Shown here: positions 27,854-37,204 of the stretch, in pieces | Layout: every line of letters begins with the position of its first letter | How positions within the stretch are numbered: position 1 is the stretch's first letter | From: Halioglobus sp. | GTDB lineage: Bacteria > Pseudomonadota > Gammaproteobacteria > Pseudomonadales > Halieaceae | DNA: 64,000 nucleotides | Reading direction: 5' to 3' | NCBI GenBank assembly: GCA_045110675.1 | Contig: JBGCGJ010000011.1 | Location: 54,421-118,420, forward strand | Notes under the pieces: generated by a model | Databases searched by the model: none | The model's input: only the letters and a program-made list of their open reading frames with translations | Told to the model about the DNA's origin: nothing | Translations under genes and position numbers: made by a program

Positions 27854-29218
27854 ATGCCGCAAGCACCTAGCCACGAACTTTGGTCCTCCCGTATTGCCTT
27901 TTTGCTAGGCACAGCGGGTGCAGCAGTCGGGCTGGGCAACTTGTGGCGGTTCCCCTTCATTGCTGGTGAAAACGGGGGCGGTGCGTTTATTTTTGTCTAT
28001 CTGCTTTTCGTGCTGCTGCTAGGCGTGCCAATTATGATAGCAGAGATGATGATTGGTCGGCACGGAGGAGCGAGTCCAGTCAAAACGATGGGGAAGATTG
28101 TCGCGGAATATTCATTGAACAGAGCGTGGATAGGCATTGGTTGGTTGAGCATATTAATCCCTTTAGTCGGCTTAAGTTTTTATAGCGTTGTGGGCGGATG
28201 GTCGATCAGTTACCTGACAAAAGCGCTAACAGCCACCTTTGCCGGTTTCGATGCCGCGCAATCCGAAGCTACTTTTGCAGCTCTACAAGCTTCCCCGGTT
28301 CAACTGTTGTTCTTTCACTCTGTGTTTTTAATCGCAACGGGATTCATCGTCGCAAGAGGCTTGGGTAAAGGCATTGAGTTAGTCTCTAAATACATGATGC
28401 CTATATTGTTTATCCTTCTACTAGTCATGGTGGCGAATGCAATCTTTTTTGCCGATATCGAGGCTGGTTTGCGATTTCTATTTGCCGCTGATTTCAGCAA
28501 ACTCACAACGCAATCGGTGTTTATGGCGCTAGGACAGGCATTTTTCTCGGTGGCGATCGGTGTGGGTGTGCTGATGACCTATAGCGCCTACCTACCCAAA
28601 AGCATTTCCATACCCCGCTCTGCATTCATTATCGCTGCGATTGACACCACTGTCGCCTTACTGGCCGGCATAGCGATATTTCCGCTGGTCTTTTCCCATG
28701 GTTTAAATCCTGGCGGCGGACCAGGGCTGATCTTTGTCACACTACCCATTGCCTTCGGACAAATGCCAGGAGGGTTCTTGCTGGGTATCTTCTTTTTCCT
28801 CTTGTTATTCTTCGCGGCATTTTCAACGGCTATTGGCATGCTGGAGCCAGTTGTTTCCTGGCTCACTGAGAGAAAGGGATCAAATAGAGTGACGATGACG
28901 TTAATGGCCGGTTTCGCAGCTTGGCTGATGGGAATTTGTGCAGCCTTATCCTTCGGCGTTTGGGAAGAGTTTAGACCGCTAGGATTCTTTTCTATCGCTC
29001 AGGACAAAAACATATTTGCCTCTCTGGATTTTTTGGTATCGAATATCTTTCTTCCGCTTAACGCGCTATTGATTGCTGTATTTGCAGGTTGGATTTTATC
29101 ACGCCGAATAGCGCATGAAGAATTGGGTTTATCGGAAACACTGCTTGGGTATTGGGCGGCTTTCGTGAAGTACGCGGCGCCAGTTGCTATTGGATTAATC
29201 TTTTATACGAGTCTTTGA
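27854..29218 (+). CDS. sodium-dependent transporter, neurotransmitter:sodium symporter (NSS/SNF) family
   Basis: 454 aa with the hallmark GLGNLWRFPF and about 11-12 TM helices. Confidence 0.9.
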   Translation: MPQAPSHELWSSRIAFLLGTAGAAVGLGNLWRFPFIAGENGGGAFIFVYLLFVLLLGVPIMIAEMMIGRHGGASPVKTMGKIVAEYSLNRAWIGIGWLSILIPLVGLSFYSVVGGWSISYLTKALTATFAGFDAAQSEATFAALQASPVQLLFFHSVFLIATGFIVARGLGKGIELVSKYMMPILFILLLVMVANAIFFADIEAGLRFLFAADFSKLTTQSVFMALGQAFFSVAIGVGVLMTYSAYLPKSISIPRSAFIIAAIDTTVALLAGIAIFPLVFSHGLNPGGGPGLIFVTLPIAFGQMPGGFLLGIFFFLLLFFAAFSTAIGMLEPVVSWLTERKGSNRVTMTLMAGFAAWLMGICAALSFGVWEEFRPLGFFSIAQDKNIFASLDFLVSNIFLPLNALLIAVFAGWILSRRIAHEELGLSETLLGYWAAFVKYAAPVAIGLIFYTSL

Positions 29219-29251
29219 GGACGGTCGTTTCGATGGGTTTGTTTTAGTTGC

Positions 29252-29286
29252 GGCCCTGCGGGCTGCGGCGCCGGGGCCCTTTTTTG
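29252..29286 (+). terminator. rho-independent terminator after the NSS transporter gene
   Basis: GC-rich hairpin GGCCCTGC...GCCGGGGCC followed by CTTTTTTG. Confidence 0.6.
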
Positions 29287-29290
29287 TATG

Positions 29291-29378
29291 TGGCGGTGAG
29301 GGAGAGATTCGAACTCTCGAACGGTTGCCCGTTACACACTTTCCAGGCGTGCGCCTTCGACCACTCGGCCACCTCACC
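29291..29378 (-). tRNA. tRNA-Ser (anticodon GGA)
   Basis: 88 nt. Acceptor GGTGAGG/CCTCACC, anticodon loop CTGGAAA, long variable arm, T-arm GAGAG-TTCGAAT-CTCTC and an encoded CCA. Confidence 0.9.
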
Positions 29379-29431
29379 GTAAGGGGCGGCATCATACCAT
29401 AAGAAACATAAGTTACCAGTACAGTGTGTCG

Positions 29432-30250
29432 CTACTGACGATTGAGTCGCGGTAAAGGCATTGCTGAGGGGCTGGTCGTTCGGAACGGGTTTATATCCAA
29501 GCCGCCACGACGGGTATAGAAAGCCTGGATATGCAAAAATTGGGGTTGTACTCTCGCGTGGATATCGAGGAATATTCGCTCGACACACTGTTCGTGGAAC
29601 TCCTGGTGTTCCCGGTAAGAAATGATGTAACCGAGCAACGCTTGATGATCCAGCGCCGCGCCCTTGTAGTGAATCCAAAGTGTCGCCCAGTCCGGCTGGC
29701 CCGTTACCGGACACAGAGAACGCAGTAAATGGCTATACAGCTGTTCCTCCCTAATTACATCTTGCTCGACAACCAATTGAGCGGCGTCGGGTTTGCCCTG
29801 GCCTTGCAGGATACACAAATTATCTATTAGCAGCCCTTCGACGCCAAGTCCCGCCAGCGCCGGGTCATCCAGGAGAAATAACTCCAGGGTCACTTCATCA
29901 CCTGCCGCCTCACTGATATCGCTCTCCATGGCGCGCTTTGCTGCCTCGACCGATTCAAAGCGAGTGCTATTGAGGGAGTTCAAGTACAATTTGAAAGACT
30001 TAGATTCAACAATATTCGGGGTCATTGCGGGCACCGTGAATCGCCCTACCCTGACAACCGGCTTACCGCTGCTGTCTAACCAGGACAGTTCGTAGGCATG
30101 CCAGAGATCGACTCCGAAAAAAGGCAGTGTTTCGTTTATTCCCAATGTGGCACGGGCATTTAAACGTGGTATGGGATATAGCAGCTCAGGAGAATAGGCC
30201 TCAACCACCGGAGTATGTTTGCCAAGAAGTAAGCCTGTTGAATCATCCAT
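29432..30250 (-). CDS. queF: NADPH-dependent 7-cyano-7-deazaguanine (preQ0) reductase, two-domain type
   Basis: 272 aa with VESKSFKLYLNS and LRSLCPVTGQPDWATLWIHY. Confidence 0.9.
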   Translation of the reverse strand: MDDSTGLLLGKHTPVVEAYSPELLYPIPRLNARATLGINETLPFFGVDLWHAYELSWLDSSGKPVVRVGRFTVPAMTPNIVESKSFKLYLNSLNSTRFESVEAAKRAMESDISEAAGDEVTLELFLLDDPALAGLGVEGLLIDNLCILQGQGKPDAAQLVVEQDVIREEQLYSHLLRSLCPVTGQPDWATLWIHYKGAALDHQALLGYIISYREHQEFHEQCVERIFLDIHARVQPQFLHIQAFYTRRGGLDINPFRTTSPSAMPLPRLNRQ

Positions 30251-30257
30251 TCCCTAA

Positions 30258-31031
30258 CTACTGCCTCAATCTCTTACCGCTGTTGAGCAGATGCATGCTG
30301 AAGCAAAAGGCGATCGCAGTGAATAGAGTAATCATGCCGAAAGCGAAGGGTAAACTGACGTCAGATACCCCTAAAACTCCATATCTGAAAGCGTTTACCA
30401 CGTACACCAATGGATTCAACTTCGATACACCCGCCCAAAAATCAGGTAGTAAATCCATAGAATAGAACACGCCACCTAAGTAAATGAGAGGGGTAAGCAC
30501 AAAAGTGGGCACGATGGAGATATCGTCAAAACTGTTGGCATAAACGGCGTTAATGAAGCCCGCCAGGGCAAACAGTGTAGATGTCATCAGAACAATGACG
30601 ATAACAACGAAATAATTGTGTATATGGAAGGTGGTAAAAAAACCGGAAACGATCGTCACTATAATAGCCACCAGCACCCCTCTGCTTACTCCCCCAAGCA
30701 CATAGCCCATCAAAATGACGTAGTTGGAAGTCGGCGAGACCAGTAATTCCTCCACAGAATTGTTAAACTTCGCACCGTAAAAAGATGAGACGACATTCGA
30801 GTAGGAGTTAGTCACGATCGCCATCATGATTAAACCCGGCACAACAAATTGCATATAGGTGAAACCACCCATCTCTCCTATACGAGAGCCAATCAATGAA
30901 CCGAAGATAACAAAATACAGCGACATGGTAATGGCCGAGGGAAGCAGTGTTTGAGTCCAGATTCTGAGATAGCGCCTGATTTCTTTAACAATAATGGTCA
31001 TGAAGGCGATCATTTGTTCTCGTAAACTCAT
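30258..31031 (-). CDS. yadH: ABC-2 type transporter permease (YadH-like)
   Basis: 257 aa with 6 TM helices. It overlaps the ATPase gene by 4 nt. Confidence 0.75.
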   Translation of the reverse strand: MSLREQMIAFMTIIVKEIRRYLRIWTQTLLPSAITMSLYFVIFGSLIGSRIGEMGGFTYMQFVVPGLIMMAIVTNSYSNVVSSFYGAKFNNSVEELLVSPTSNYVILMGYVLGGVSRGVLVAIIVTIVSGFFTTFHIHNYFVVIVIVLMTSTLFALAGFINAVYANSFDDISIVPTFVLTPLIYLGGVFYSMDLLPDFWAGVSKLNPLVYVVNAFRYGVLGVSDVSLPFAFGMITLFTAIAFCFSMHLLNSGKRLRQ

Positions 31032-31945
31032 GCCGCACCCTCCACCAGATTGACAAACATCTCTTCCAGGCGATTCGCGCGATTGCGCATACTGGATACT
31101 TGTATCCCCGCTTTATCCAACTCCAGGAACACCTCGTTGATGTTCTGCCCTTTGTCGACTGCCACCTCCAAAGTGTGCTGATCAACTCGCTGGCAGTCGA
31201 AGCTACCCAGAGACAAAGTTTCTGGCAGTTCTTCAGTGCAATCGAGGATAAACACCTCCTGGTGCAGCTGCTGCAGCAAGGTGCGCATAGAACTGTTTTC
31301 AACAATAACGCCATGATTAATGATCGCGATATTTCGGCAAAGTGCCTCCGCTTCCTCCAGATAGTGAGTGGTTAAAATAATGGTGGTGCCACCGGTATTA
31401 ATTTCTTTGAGGAATTCCCACATCGTGCGACGCATTTCAATGTCGACACCGGCGGTAGGTTCATCGAGTATCAGCAGTTTGGGCTCATGGACCAGGGCTC
31501 TGGCGATCATCAAGCGACGCTTCATGCCTCCGGAGAGCATTCGAGAAGGGACATCTCGCTTTTCCCATAGACCCAAAGCTTTTAAGTATTTTTCGGCCCG
31601 CTGCTTGGCCAAATCAGCCGGAATCCCATAGAACCCGGCCTGTGCCACGAGAATGTTATAGCCCTTTTCAAACTGGTTGAAATTGAACTCCTGGGGCACG
31701 ATACCAATCTGTTTTTTGGCCAAGGGAAAATTCTCGTCCGTATCGATGCCGAACACTGAAACCTTGCCGGCACTTTTCGCTACTAAAGAGCAAACAATCC
31801 CGATGGTGGTGGACTTGCCCGCACCATTAGGACCGAGTAAGGCAAAGAAGTCTCCCTGTTGAACTTCGAGGCTGATTCCCTTGAGGGCTTCAAACCCATC
31901 CCCGTAGACCTTTTCTAGGCCGTCAATGCTGAGTGCTGGTATCAT
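31028..31945 (-). CDS. yadG: ABC transporter ATP-binding protein (YadG-like)
   Basis: Walker A GPNGAGKST, signature LSGGMKRRL and Walker B LLILDEP. Confidence 0.85.
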   Translation of the reverse strand: MIPALSIDGLEKVYGDGFEALKGISLEVQQGDFFALLGPNGAGKSTTIGIVCSLVAKSAGKVSVFGIDTDENFPLAKKQIGIVPQEFNFNQFEKGYNILVAQAGFYGIPADLAKQRAEKYLKALGLWEKRDVPSRMLSGGMKRRLMIARALVHEPKLLILDEPTAGVDIEMRRTMWEFLKEINTGGTTIILTTHYLEEAEALCRNIAIINHGVIVENSSMRTLLQQLHQEVFILDCTEELPETLSLGSFDCQRVDQHTLEVAVDKGQNINEVFLELDKAGIQVSSMRNRANRLEEMFVNLVEGAA

Positions 31946-32019
31946 ACAAATATTGGTCGCTTAGGCTCTAAATTGAGCGGCGCATTGTACCTTCAAACGG
32001 AGCGTCAAACGACAACCCT

Positions 32020-32403
32020 ATGAACGACGAACAATATTTACACCACTGCACTCTCTTATTGAGAGAGTTCAGTAACGACCTACTCAAAAGAACTGAATCC
32101 CTGGACGAAGAGGACTCTCTGCGCGAATTGGCTGTCGCCTTTGGAGATCTCTGTTCGGGCACCGCCGATATTTATGCAGGAGGCCAAGCTTTGGTCTCGA
32201 GGCTGTTTACCACCTACCCCGATTTCGGCCCCACCTTCCCTCGGGAGCTTTTGTGGTTTTTAGGGGGAGATTGTCTGCACTTCATGCCGGACGAAGAAAT
32301 CGAACTACACCAACAACTTGAAGACCAAAGACACGCACTGGCAGCCAAAGGTGAAGTGATAGATTTTTCCGAGGCTAGAGCTAAGCTGCTGAAGTTACAG
32401 TAA
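32020..32403 (+). CDS. conserved hypothetical acidic cytoplasmic protein
   Basis: 127-aa ORF with coding-like composition and no motif I recognise. It may belong to the family annotated next to yadGH in pseudomonads, but I am unsure of that recall. Confidence 0.45.
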   Translation: MNDEQYLHHCTLLLREFSNDLLKRTESLDEEDSLRELAVAFGDLCSGTADIYAGGQALVSRLFTTYPDFGPTFPRELLWFLGGDCLHFMPDEEIELHQQLEDQRHALAAKGEVIDFSEARAKLLKLQ

Positions 32404-32431
32404 AAATATGATCTAAAAGCCTCCCTAGGGC

Positions 32432-32460
32432 TTGACGTAACCCCGGGCACTACCTAAAAT
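32432..32460 (+). promoter_or_regulatory. sigma-70 promoter of the tRNA-Glu/tRNA-Gly operon
   Basis: TTGACG (32432-32437), a 17-nt spacer, TAAAAT (32455-32460), then the GC-rich discriminator GCGCGCC. It lies about 26 nt upstream of the tRNA. Confidence 0.55.
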
Positions 32461-32486
32461 GCGCGCCTCTTGTATGAGACAGCTGC

Positions 32487-32562
32487 GTCCCCTTCGTCTA
32501 GTGGCCTAGGACACTGCCCTTTCACGGCGGTAACAGGGGTTCGAACCCCCTAGGGGACGCCA
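32487..32562 (+). tRNA. tRNA-Glu (anticodon UUC)
   Basis: 76 nt, GTCCCCTTCGTCTAG...CCCTTTCACGGCGG...GGTTCGAACCCCCTAGGGGACGCCA. Near-identical to E. coli tRNA-Glu as I recall it. Confidence 0.95.
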
Positions 32563-32576
32563 TTTCATCAAGATAC

Positions 32577-32652
32577 GCGGGAATAGCTCAGTTGGTAGAG
32601 CGCGACCTTGCCAAGGTCGAGGTCGCCGGTTCGAACCCGGTTTCCCGCTCCA
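32577..32652 (+). tRNA. tRNA-Gly (anticodon GCC)
   Basis: 76 nt, GCGGGAATAGCTCAGTTGGTAGAGC..CTTGCCAAG..GGTTCGAACCCGGTTTCCCGCTCCA, followed by a T7 run. Confidence 0.95.
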
Positions 32653-32678
32653 TTTTTTTGTTGACACCCAAACCCCTT

Positions 32679-33065
32679 TTAGCCCACCGACTCTTCCAAA
32701 CTAATGGAAGCGCTGTTAATACAATAGCGTAAACCCGTCGGTTCTGGCCCATCCTCGAATACATGCCCAAGGTGGGAGCCACATTTATCGCACATGACCT
32801 CAGTTCGGGACATGCCGTGACTTACATCCGCATCTTCTTTGATAACTTTGCTGTCTGCAGGTTGAAAAAAGCTCGGCCAACCACAACCTGAATCGTACTT
32901 GGAATCAGATAAAAACAGTTCCTCACCACAGCATTTACAGTGGTATGCCCCATCTTTCTTACAATCCCAGTACTCCCCCGTGAACGCTCGCTCTGTGCCC
33001 TTTTCGCGACAAACATGAAATTCATCGGGAGTTAATTTATCACGCCAATATTCGTCATCTTTCAT
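32679..33065 (-). CDS. msrB: peptide-methionine (R)-S-oxide reductase
   Basis: 128 aa with two CxxC zinc motifs ([25 protein letters not shown]) and the catalytic RYCINS. Confidence 0.9.
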   Translation of the reverse strand: MKDDEYWRDKLTPDEFHVCREKGTERAFTGEYWDCKKDGAYHCKCCGEELFLSDSKYDSGCGWPSFFQPADSKVIKEDADVSHGMSRTEVMCDKCGSHLGHVFEDGPEPTGLRYCINSASISLEESVG

Positions 33066-33120
33066 TGAGCACCTCCTGGAGTACTTAAGCCGGTGTAGCC
33101 ATCGCCCAGCTCTGGTTTAG

Positions 33121-34302
33121 TTATTGTGAAGTGGCCAAGCGATACAATATCTGATCGCGATAACCCGTTACTACTTGATGATAGCCCACAAGAGCCAAGT
33201 CCAATTCACGGTCATTAGTATCGACCAATAAGGGCCTTTGATCCAGTCCCGAAATTTTTGATTTCGCTGCCACTATGCAAATATTTTCGGTCCCGACAGC
33301 TCGTATAACCGCAGGAGAAAACTGTTGATTTCCTCTACCAAATATATGCCCTTGACCGGCAATTGCCGTCACTAGTATTTTGGCTTTGCCAGGATTTGCA
33401 TCGAGCAGGTTGAGAAGCGTCTGTTCGCTCGCGTCCAATGACAGGACTTTCCCTGCACGCACCACGTCCACGCCCAGCAAAGTGCCCGGCAAGCCCAGTT
33501 CAGTATTTATCGCAGCCGTCGTTGAGCCTGGACCCAACAAGTAAGTGACGTCATCACACATCTCTTCAACAATGGATGCGGCGATCTCTGCCGCCACGAG
33601 CTCGGGACTTTCTCGACCACCTATTTTGGTATGCTGCAGGTAGTGTCCCTCGCCGGGCACCAACAGCTCACCATAAAATTTTGACTTCACTTCACCGCGC
33701 CTGAACGCGTCTTCATCTATATCGCGCACCTCGCCATTGTTGAGTGCGACTAATCCGCCAGCGGCCAATCTTGTCAACAACTCCCCTGCTGCTTCCGGGG
33801 ATACAGCGAACACACCGGAGTGCATTTTGACGCCTGCTGGAATCCCCAGCGCAGGCGCCGTTCGCCCAATGGCGTCGTAGATCTCCCTGGCAGTGCCGTC
33901 CCCGCCTGCAAACACAATAATGTCGACGGGGAGTTGTAGCATTTCAATTGCCGCTGCGCGTGTGCTCTGAGCTGTACTGAGTGCGCCACTTTTCTCGCCA
34001 ATGAGTTGATAATCAAATTCAAGTGTATCGAGAACCCATTGGCCCATTGCACCTGGGCAAGTATAGATCATAAGATCCTCGGCGATATCGGCGACTACGC
34101 TGAACGCCCTAGCCGCTCGTTCCATCGAGCGCGAGAGAGTGTTCTTTCCCCAATCCCTTGATAGTCCCTGGGCTAGATGTCGAACATCTTCGCCGTCGCT
34201 GCCTTTCAATGCCAGCGACCCGCCCATACCCGCTAGCGGATTTACGATCAGTCCTATTCTCAGGGTCATAAGATCTAAACGCTCACTCGACCAATCCGGC
34301 AT
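33121..34302 (-). CDS. ATP-NAD kinase family protein (long form)
   Basis: GGDGT motif (FAGGDGTAREIY). The start may instead be the internal ATG at 34269 (MTLRIGLIVNP), which would remove the 28-nt overlap with pdxB. Confidence 0.7.
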   Translation of the reverse strand: MPDWSSERLDLMTLRIGLIVNPLAGMGGSLALKGSDGEDVRHLAQGLSRDWGKNTLSRSMERAARAFSVVADIAEDLMIYTCPGAMGQWVLDTLEFDYQLIGEKSGALSTAQSTRAAAIEMLQLPVDIIVFAGGDGTAREIYDAIGRTAPALGIPAGVKMHSGVFAVSPEAAGELLTRLAAGGLVALNNGEVRDIDEDAFRRGEVKSKFYGELLVPGEGHYLQHTKIGGRESPELVAAEIAASIVEEMCDDVTYLLGPGSTTAAINTELGLPGTLLGVDVVRAGKVLSLDASEQTLLNLLDANPGKAKILVTAIAGQGHIFGRGNQQFSPAVIRAVGTENICIVAAKSKISGLDQRPLLVDTNDRELDLALVGYHQVVTGYRDQILYRLATSQ

Positions 34303-35435
34303 CCCAGACTCATCAACAGGTCAGATTGATCCTGCGCGGCTTGTGGATGCAAATCCACAATAGAGTCGCGCAGCTCAAAACGGTTGCGATAGGATTTGCG
34401 CAATCGGTCAAAGCCGTCGGCAACAGTAGTATTGGGATCAAGCACGATGGCCCGAAGAAGCTGGTCATCTTTATGAATATCATAACGCACTGAAAAGGCC
34501 CAACGCAGTAAATCGACGGACTTTAAGTTGGGTGGAACTTCGAGTCGGGTCTTCTGCGGATTAGCAGCCTGCGATACCCCCTTTAACTCTTCCAGCTTGA
34601 AGTGGGTATCGATCGCGTCACGCAACATCTTTGTCGCGAGGAATTTGCTGTTCATACTATAACCAGCAATATGCGCCGTGCCGAATTCCACCCATTGCAA
34701 AAGCTCGATTGATATCTCTGGCTCTCCCTCCCAGACATCAAGTACGCACAGAGGCCCTTCCCCCGAGCACAGTCGATTGAGCAGTGACATATTGTCGACA
34801 ACCTCACCCCGACTCGCATTGATCAAAAGAGCACCTCTGGAAATACTTTCCAATTCAGCCTTGCCGATCAAGTGATAACTGGGCCAAGGTTTTTCACAGG
34901 TGAGCGATGGGTGTATTGTGATCACCTCACAGCGCAATATCTCGTCCAGGCTCGCGCGGCTCGGTACGAAAGTTTCTTCAAGCCAGGGGTCATGCACTTT
35001 TACAGATATTCCCAATTCGTTACAGAGCCTCACCAATGTCATACCGACATTGCCATAACCAATTACACCGAGTGTCCCGCCGCTCAATAGAGATTCCAGT
35101 TTCCCTTCCACGGCCGAGATAGCGGCAAATACATACTCGACTACCGAATTCGCGTTTGCGCCTGGCGCATGAGAAAAACCGATATTGTGATCAGTGAGGT
35201 ATCCCCGATCAATATGATCGAAACCACTCGTAGCTGTTCCCACAAATTTGACGGCCGTATTTTCCAACAAAGACTGGTTGACGGTCGTTACAGAGCGAAC
35301 CAGCAGAGCATCGATATTGCGCAGGTCAGAGTTCTTGATTTGACGACCCTCAGCTAATTGAATCGAACCGAGTGGCGCAAAATACGCTTCGACACCGCGC
35401 ATATTGCTGTCCGCCAAAATTCTTAGCGGATTCAC
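34275..35435 (-). CDS. pdxB: 4-phosphoerythronate dehydrogenase
   Basis: LRILADSNM N-terminus and NAD loop VIGYGNVG. GTG 35435 overlaps the xni stop as GTGA. The ORF-track ATG 35465 lies inside xni. Confidence 0.85.
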   Translation of the reverse strand: MNPLRILADSNMRGVEAYFAPLGSIQLAEGRQIKNSDLRNIDALLVRSVTTVNQSLLENTAVKFVGTATSGFDHIDRGYLTDHNIGFSHAPGANANSVVEYVFAAISAVEGKLESLLSGGTLGVIGYGNVGMTLVRLCNELGISVKVHDPWLEETFVPSRASLDEILRCEVITIHPSLTCEKPWPSYHLIGKAELESISRGALLINASRGEVVDNMSLLNRLCSGEGPLCVLDVWEGEPEISIELLQWVEFGTAHIAGYSMNSKFLATKMLRDAIDTHFKLEELKGVSQAANPQKTRLEVPPNLKSVDLLRWAFSVRYDIHKDDQLLRAIVLDPNTTVADGFDRLRKSYRNRFELRDSIVDLHPQAAQDQSDLLMSLGCRIGRVSV

Positions 35436-36337
35436 TTTGAGATACTCTTGCGTAGCGCTTTGCAACGACGTGTCAGGGGCCCAGATAGGCCTAGTTCAGT
35501 CAGATAGGCTTCAGCGCGATCAAGTGACTCGACTGTCAGTGAAAAACCCCTTGTTTCAGTGAGTGTCGGGATATATTCCTCCAGCCCCGTCAGCTGGCGT
35601 GCTAAAAGTACCTGAGACCAATAATCTGTTAGATTGGCTTGTACTCTGGCGGCCCCGCGAATTGATGACGAGCCGACGTTCTCCATCTCGTCAGCGAGCC
35701 TCTGCAGGTCTCCAAACTGTTGCAGCAGCTTGGCAGCGGTCTTGGCACCCACTCCAGGTACACCGGGGATATCGTCTATGGGATCGCCCACCAACGCCAA
35801 ATAATCAGCAAATTGCCGAGGCTCGACCCCAAATTTCTCGCTAAAGGCGCTGGTATCAAGTGACACTCCTCCGGCATAGTCCCACCAAAGATCATCGGGA
35901 TTTTGCAGTATCGGCCCGAGGTCCTTGTCTCTCGTCAAAATGCTAACCGCGATCCCGCGTTCCCGATAAAGCCTTCCCAAGGTCGCAAGATAGTCATCCG
36001 CTTCATACCTTGGGCCACCGTAGCAGGGAATACCAAGTGTCTCCGTTAGCTCTCTGCAAGCGTTTAATTGAAAAGCCAGTGTTTCGTCCGGGAGCTCTCT
36101 GCTCGATTTATAACTGGGTAGAATGTCATTGCGAAAACAGGTTCCCAGGCTTTCATCGAAGGCTGCGGCGCAATGAGCCGGACGCTCTTTTTCCAGAAAC
36201 TCCAACAGAAAACGGCCATAACCATAAACAGCATTGAGTGGCCATCCATCCTCATTGTGCCATTGATCAGGCATTGAAAACCAAGCCCGAAAAATGTAAA
36301 TCGAGCTATCAATCAGACACACTCGCTCCTTGCCCAT
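35432..36337 (-). CDS. xni: 5'-3' exonuclease / flap endonuclease Xni-like
   Basis: MGKERVCLIDSSIYIFRAWF, EADD, LTRDKDL and the H3TH motif GVPGVGAKTAAKLL. ATG 36337 shares one nt with the epmC stop (TGATG). Confidence 0.8.
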   Translation of the reverse strand: MGKERVCLIDSSIYIFRAWFSMPDQWHNEDGWPLNAVYGYGRFLLEFLEKERPAHCAAAFDESLGTCFRNDILPSYKSSRELPDETLAFQLNACRELTETLGIPCYGGPRYEADDYLATLGRLYRERGIAVSILTRDKDLGPILQNPDDLWWDYAGGVSLDTSAFSEKFGVEPRQFADYLALVGDPIDDIPGVPGVGAKTAAKLLQQFGDLQRLADEMENVGSSSIRGAARVQANLTDYWSQVLLARQLTGLEEYIPTLTETRGFSLTVESLDRAEAYLTELGLSGPLTRRCKALRKSISK

Positions 36338-36939
36338 CAGAGAGGTTCGCTTCCGATGAATTCTAAAGCGGGTAGTAAAAGTGGATTGCCTGAACAATCA
36401 CGGGTATTGAATTCGGCCACCAGTGCATCGAAATAACGCTTTGCTCGCACCGGAAGACCACACTCCCTTAGAGAATGGGCACGATCCAATACTGCGTTTT
36501 CAAAGGAGAATGAATCTAAACTCTCTCCTGTAATCGGATCAAAGTTGTCGGGACTAATTTTAAAGTCATAGCCACAAGCCAGTGAAAAACACCATTCAAT
36601 GGCTTGGGGAGTTACTTCGGCGCGTTCAAAATCCCGCTGCTGACTTAAGGTACGACCTTCGGGGGAATACCAGTAGCCATAGTCGGAACACTGCCTGCGC
36701 TCACTGCCCGCGATACACCAGTGCGCTACTTCGTGAAGCGCACTGGCGAAGTAGTCGGCGCGAAAGCATATTACCGCTGGTGCAGCGGATGGGCCAGGAG
36801 GCTGATAGAAAGGCTCTTCAAATCCACCCCGAAGAACTGTATTGAATTCAGATCCGAAACACTGAGCGAAAACAGCTTCGAGCCGTTGTGCATCGAAACT
36901 CGGCGCCGTGACAGTTCTGTGATTCTTGCAGGCAATCAC
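36337..36939 (-). CDS. epmC: elongation factor P hydroxylase
   Basis: FASALHEVAHWCIAG, DYGYWY and EVTPQAIEW match YfcM/EpmC as I recall it. GTG 36939 follows GAGGG, just after the tusA stop. Confidence 0.75.
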   Translation of the reverse strand: MIACKNHRTVTAPSFDAQRLEAVFAQCFGSEFNTVLRGGFEEPFYQPPGPSAAPAVICFRADYFASALHEVAHWCIAGSERRQCSDYGYWYSPEGRTLSQQRDFERAEVTPQAIEWCFSLACGYDFKISPDNFDPITGESLDSFSFENAVLDRAHSLRECGLPVRAKRYFDALVAEFNTRDCSGNPLLLPALEFIGSEPL

Positions 36940-36955
36940 AACCGCCCTCGATAGA

Positions 36956-37192
36956 TCACCGAAGTTTTCGCAAAAGATAGTGAAACTCGCCCTCAAGCTG
37001 TTGCTGTTCCAATAGCTCGTGTCCGAGAAAATTACAAAATTTCGGGATATCACGCTGAGTCGATGGATCTGTGGCGACCACTTTCACCTCGTCACCCACC
37101 TCAATGTCTCGAAATATATTATGCAACAGCATCACAGGTTCGGGGCAGTAAAGCCCTCTGGCATCCAGGAAGTGTTCTTGGTCAGCGGACAT
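36956..37192 (-). CDS. tusA: sulfurtransferase TusA family
   Basis: 78 aa. [17 protein letters not shown] ... [21 protein letters not shown] closely parallels E. coli TusA. Confidence 0.85.
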   Translation of the reverse strand: MSADQEHFLDARGLYCPEPVMLLHNIFRDIEVGDEVKVVATDPSTQRDIPKFCNFLGHELLEQQQLEGEFHYLLRKLR

Positions 37193-37204
37193 TGTTGACT
37201 CTAT

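Noticed and set aside
29219-29431. tRNA-Ser (and the tRNA-Glu genes) as genomic-island integration sites
   Set aside because: There is no integrase or recombinase nearby. I found no direct repeat of the tRNA 3' end in the flanks, and the flanking genes (NSS transporter, queF, msrB, hisC-like) are ordinary chromosomal genes.
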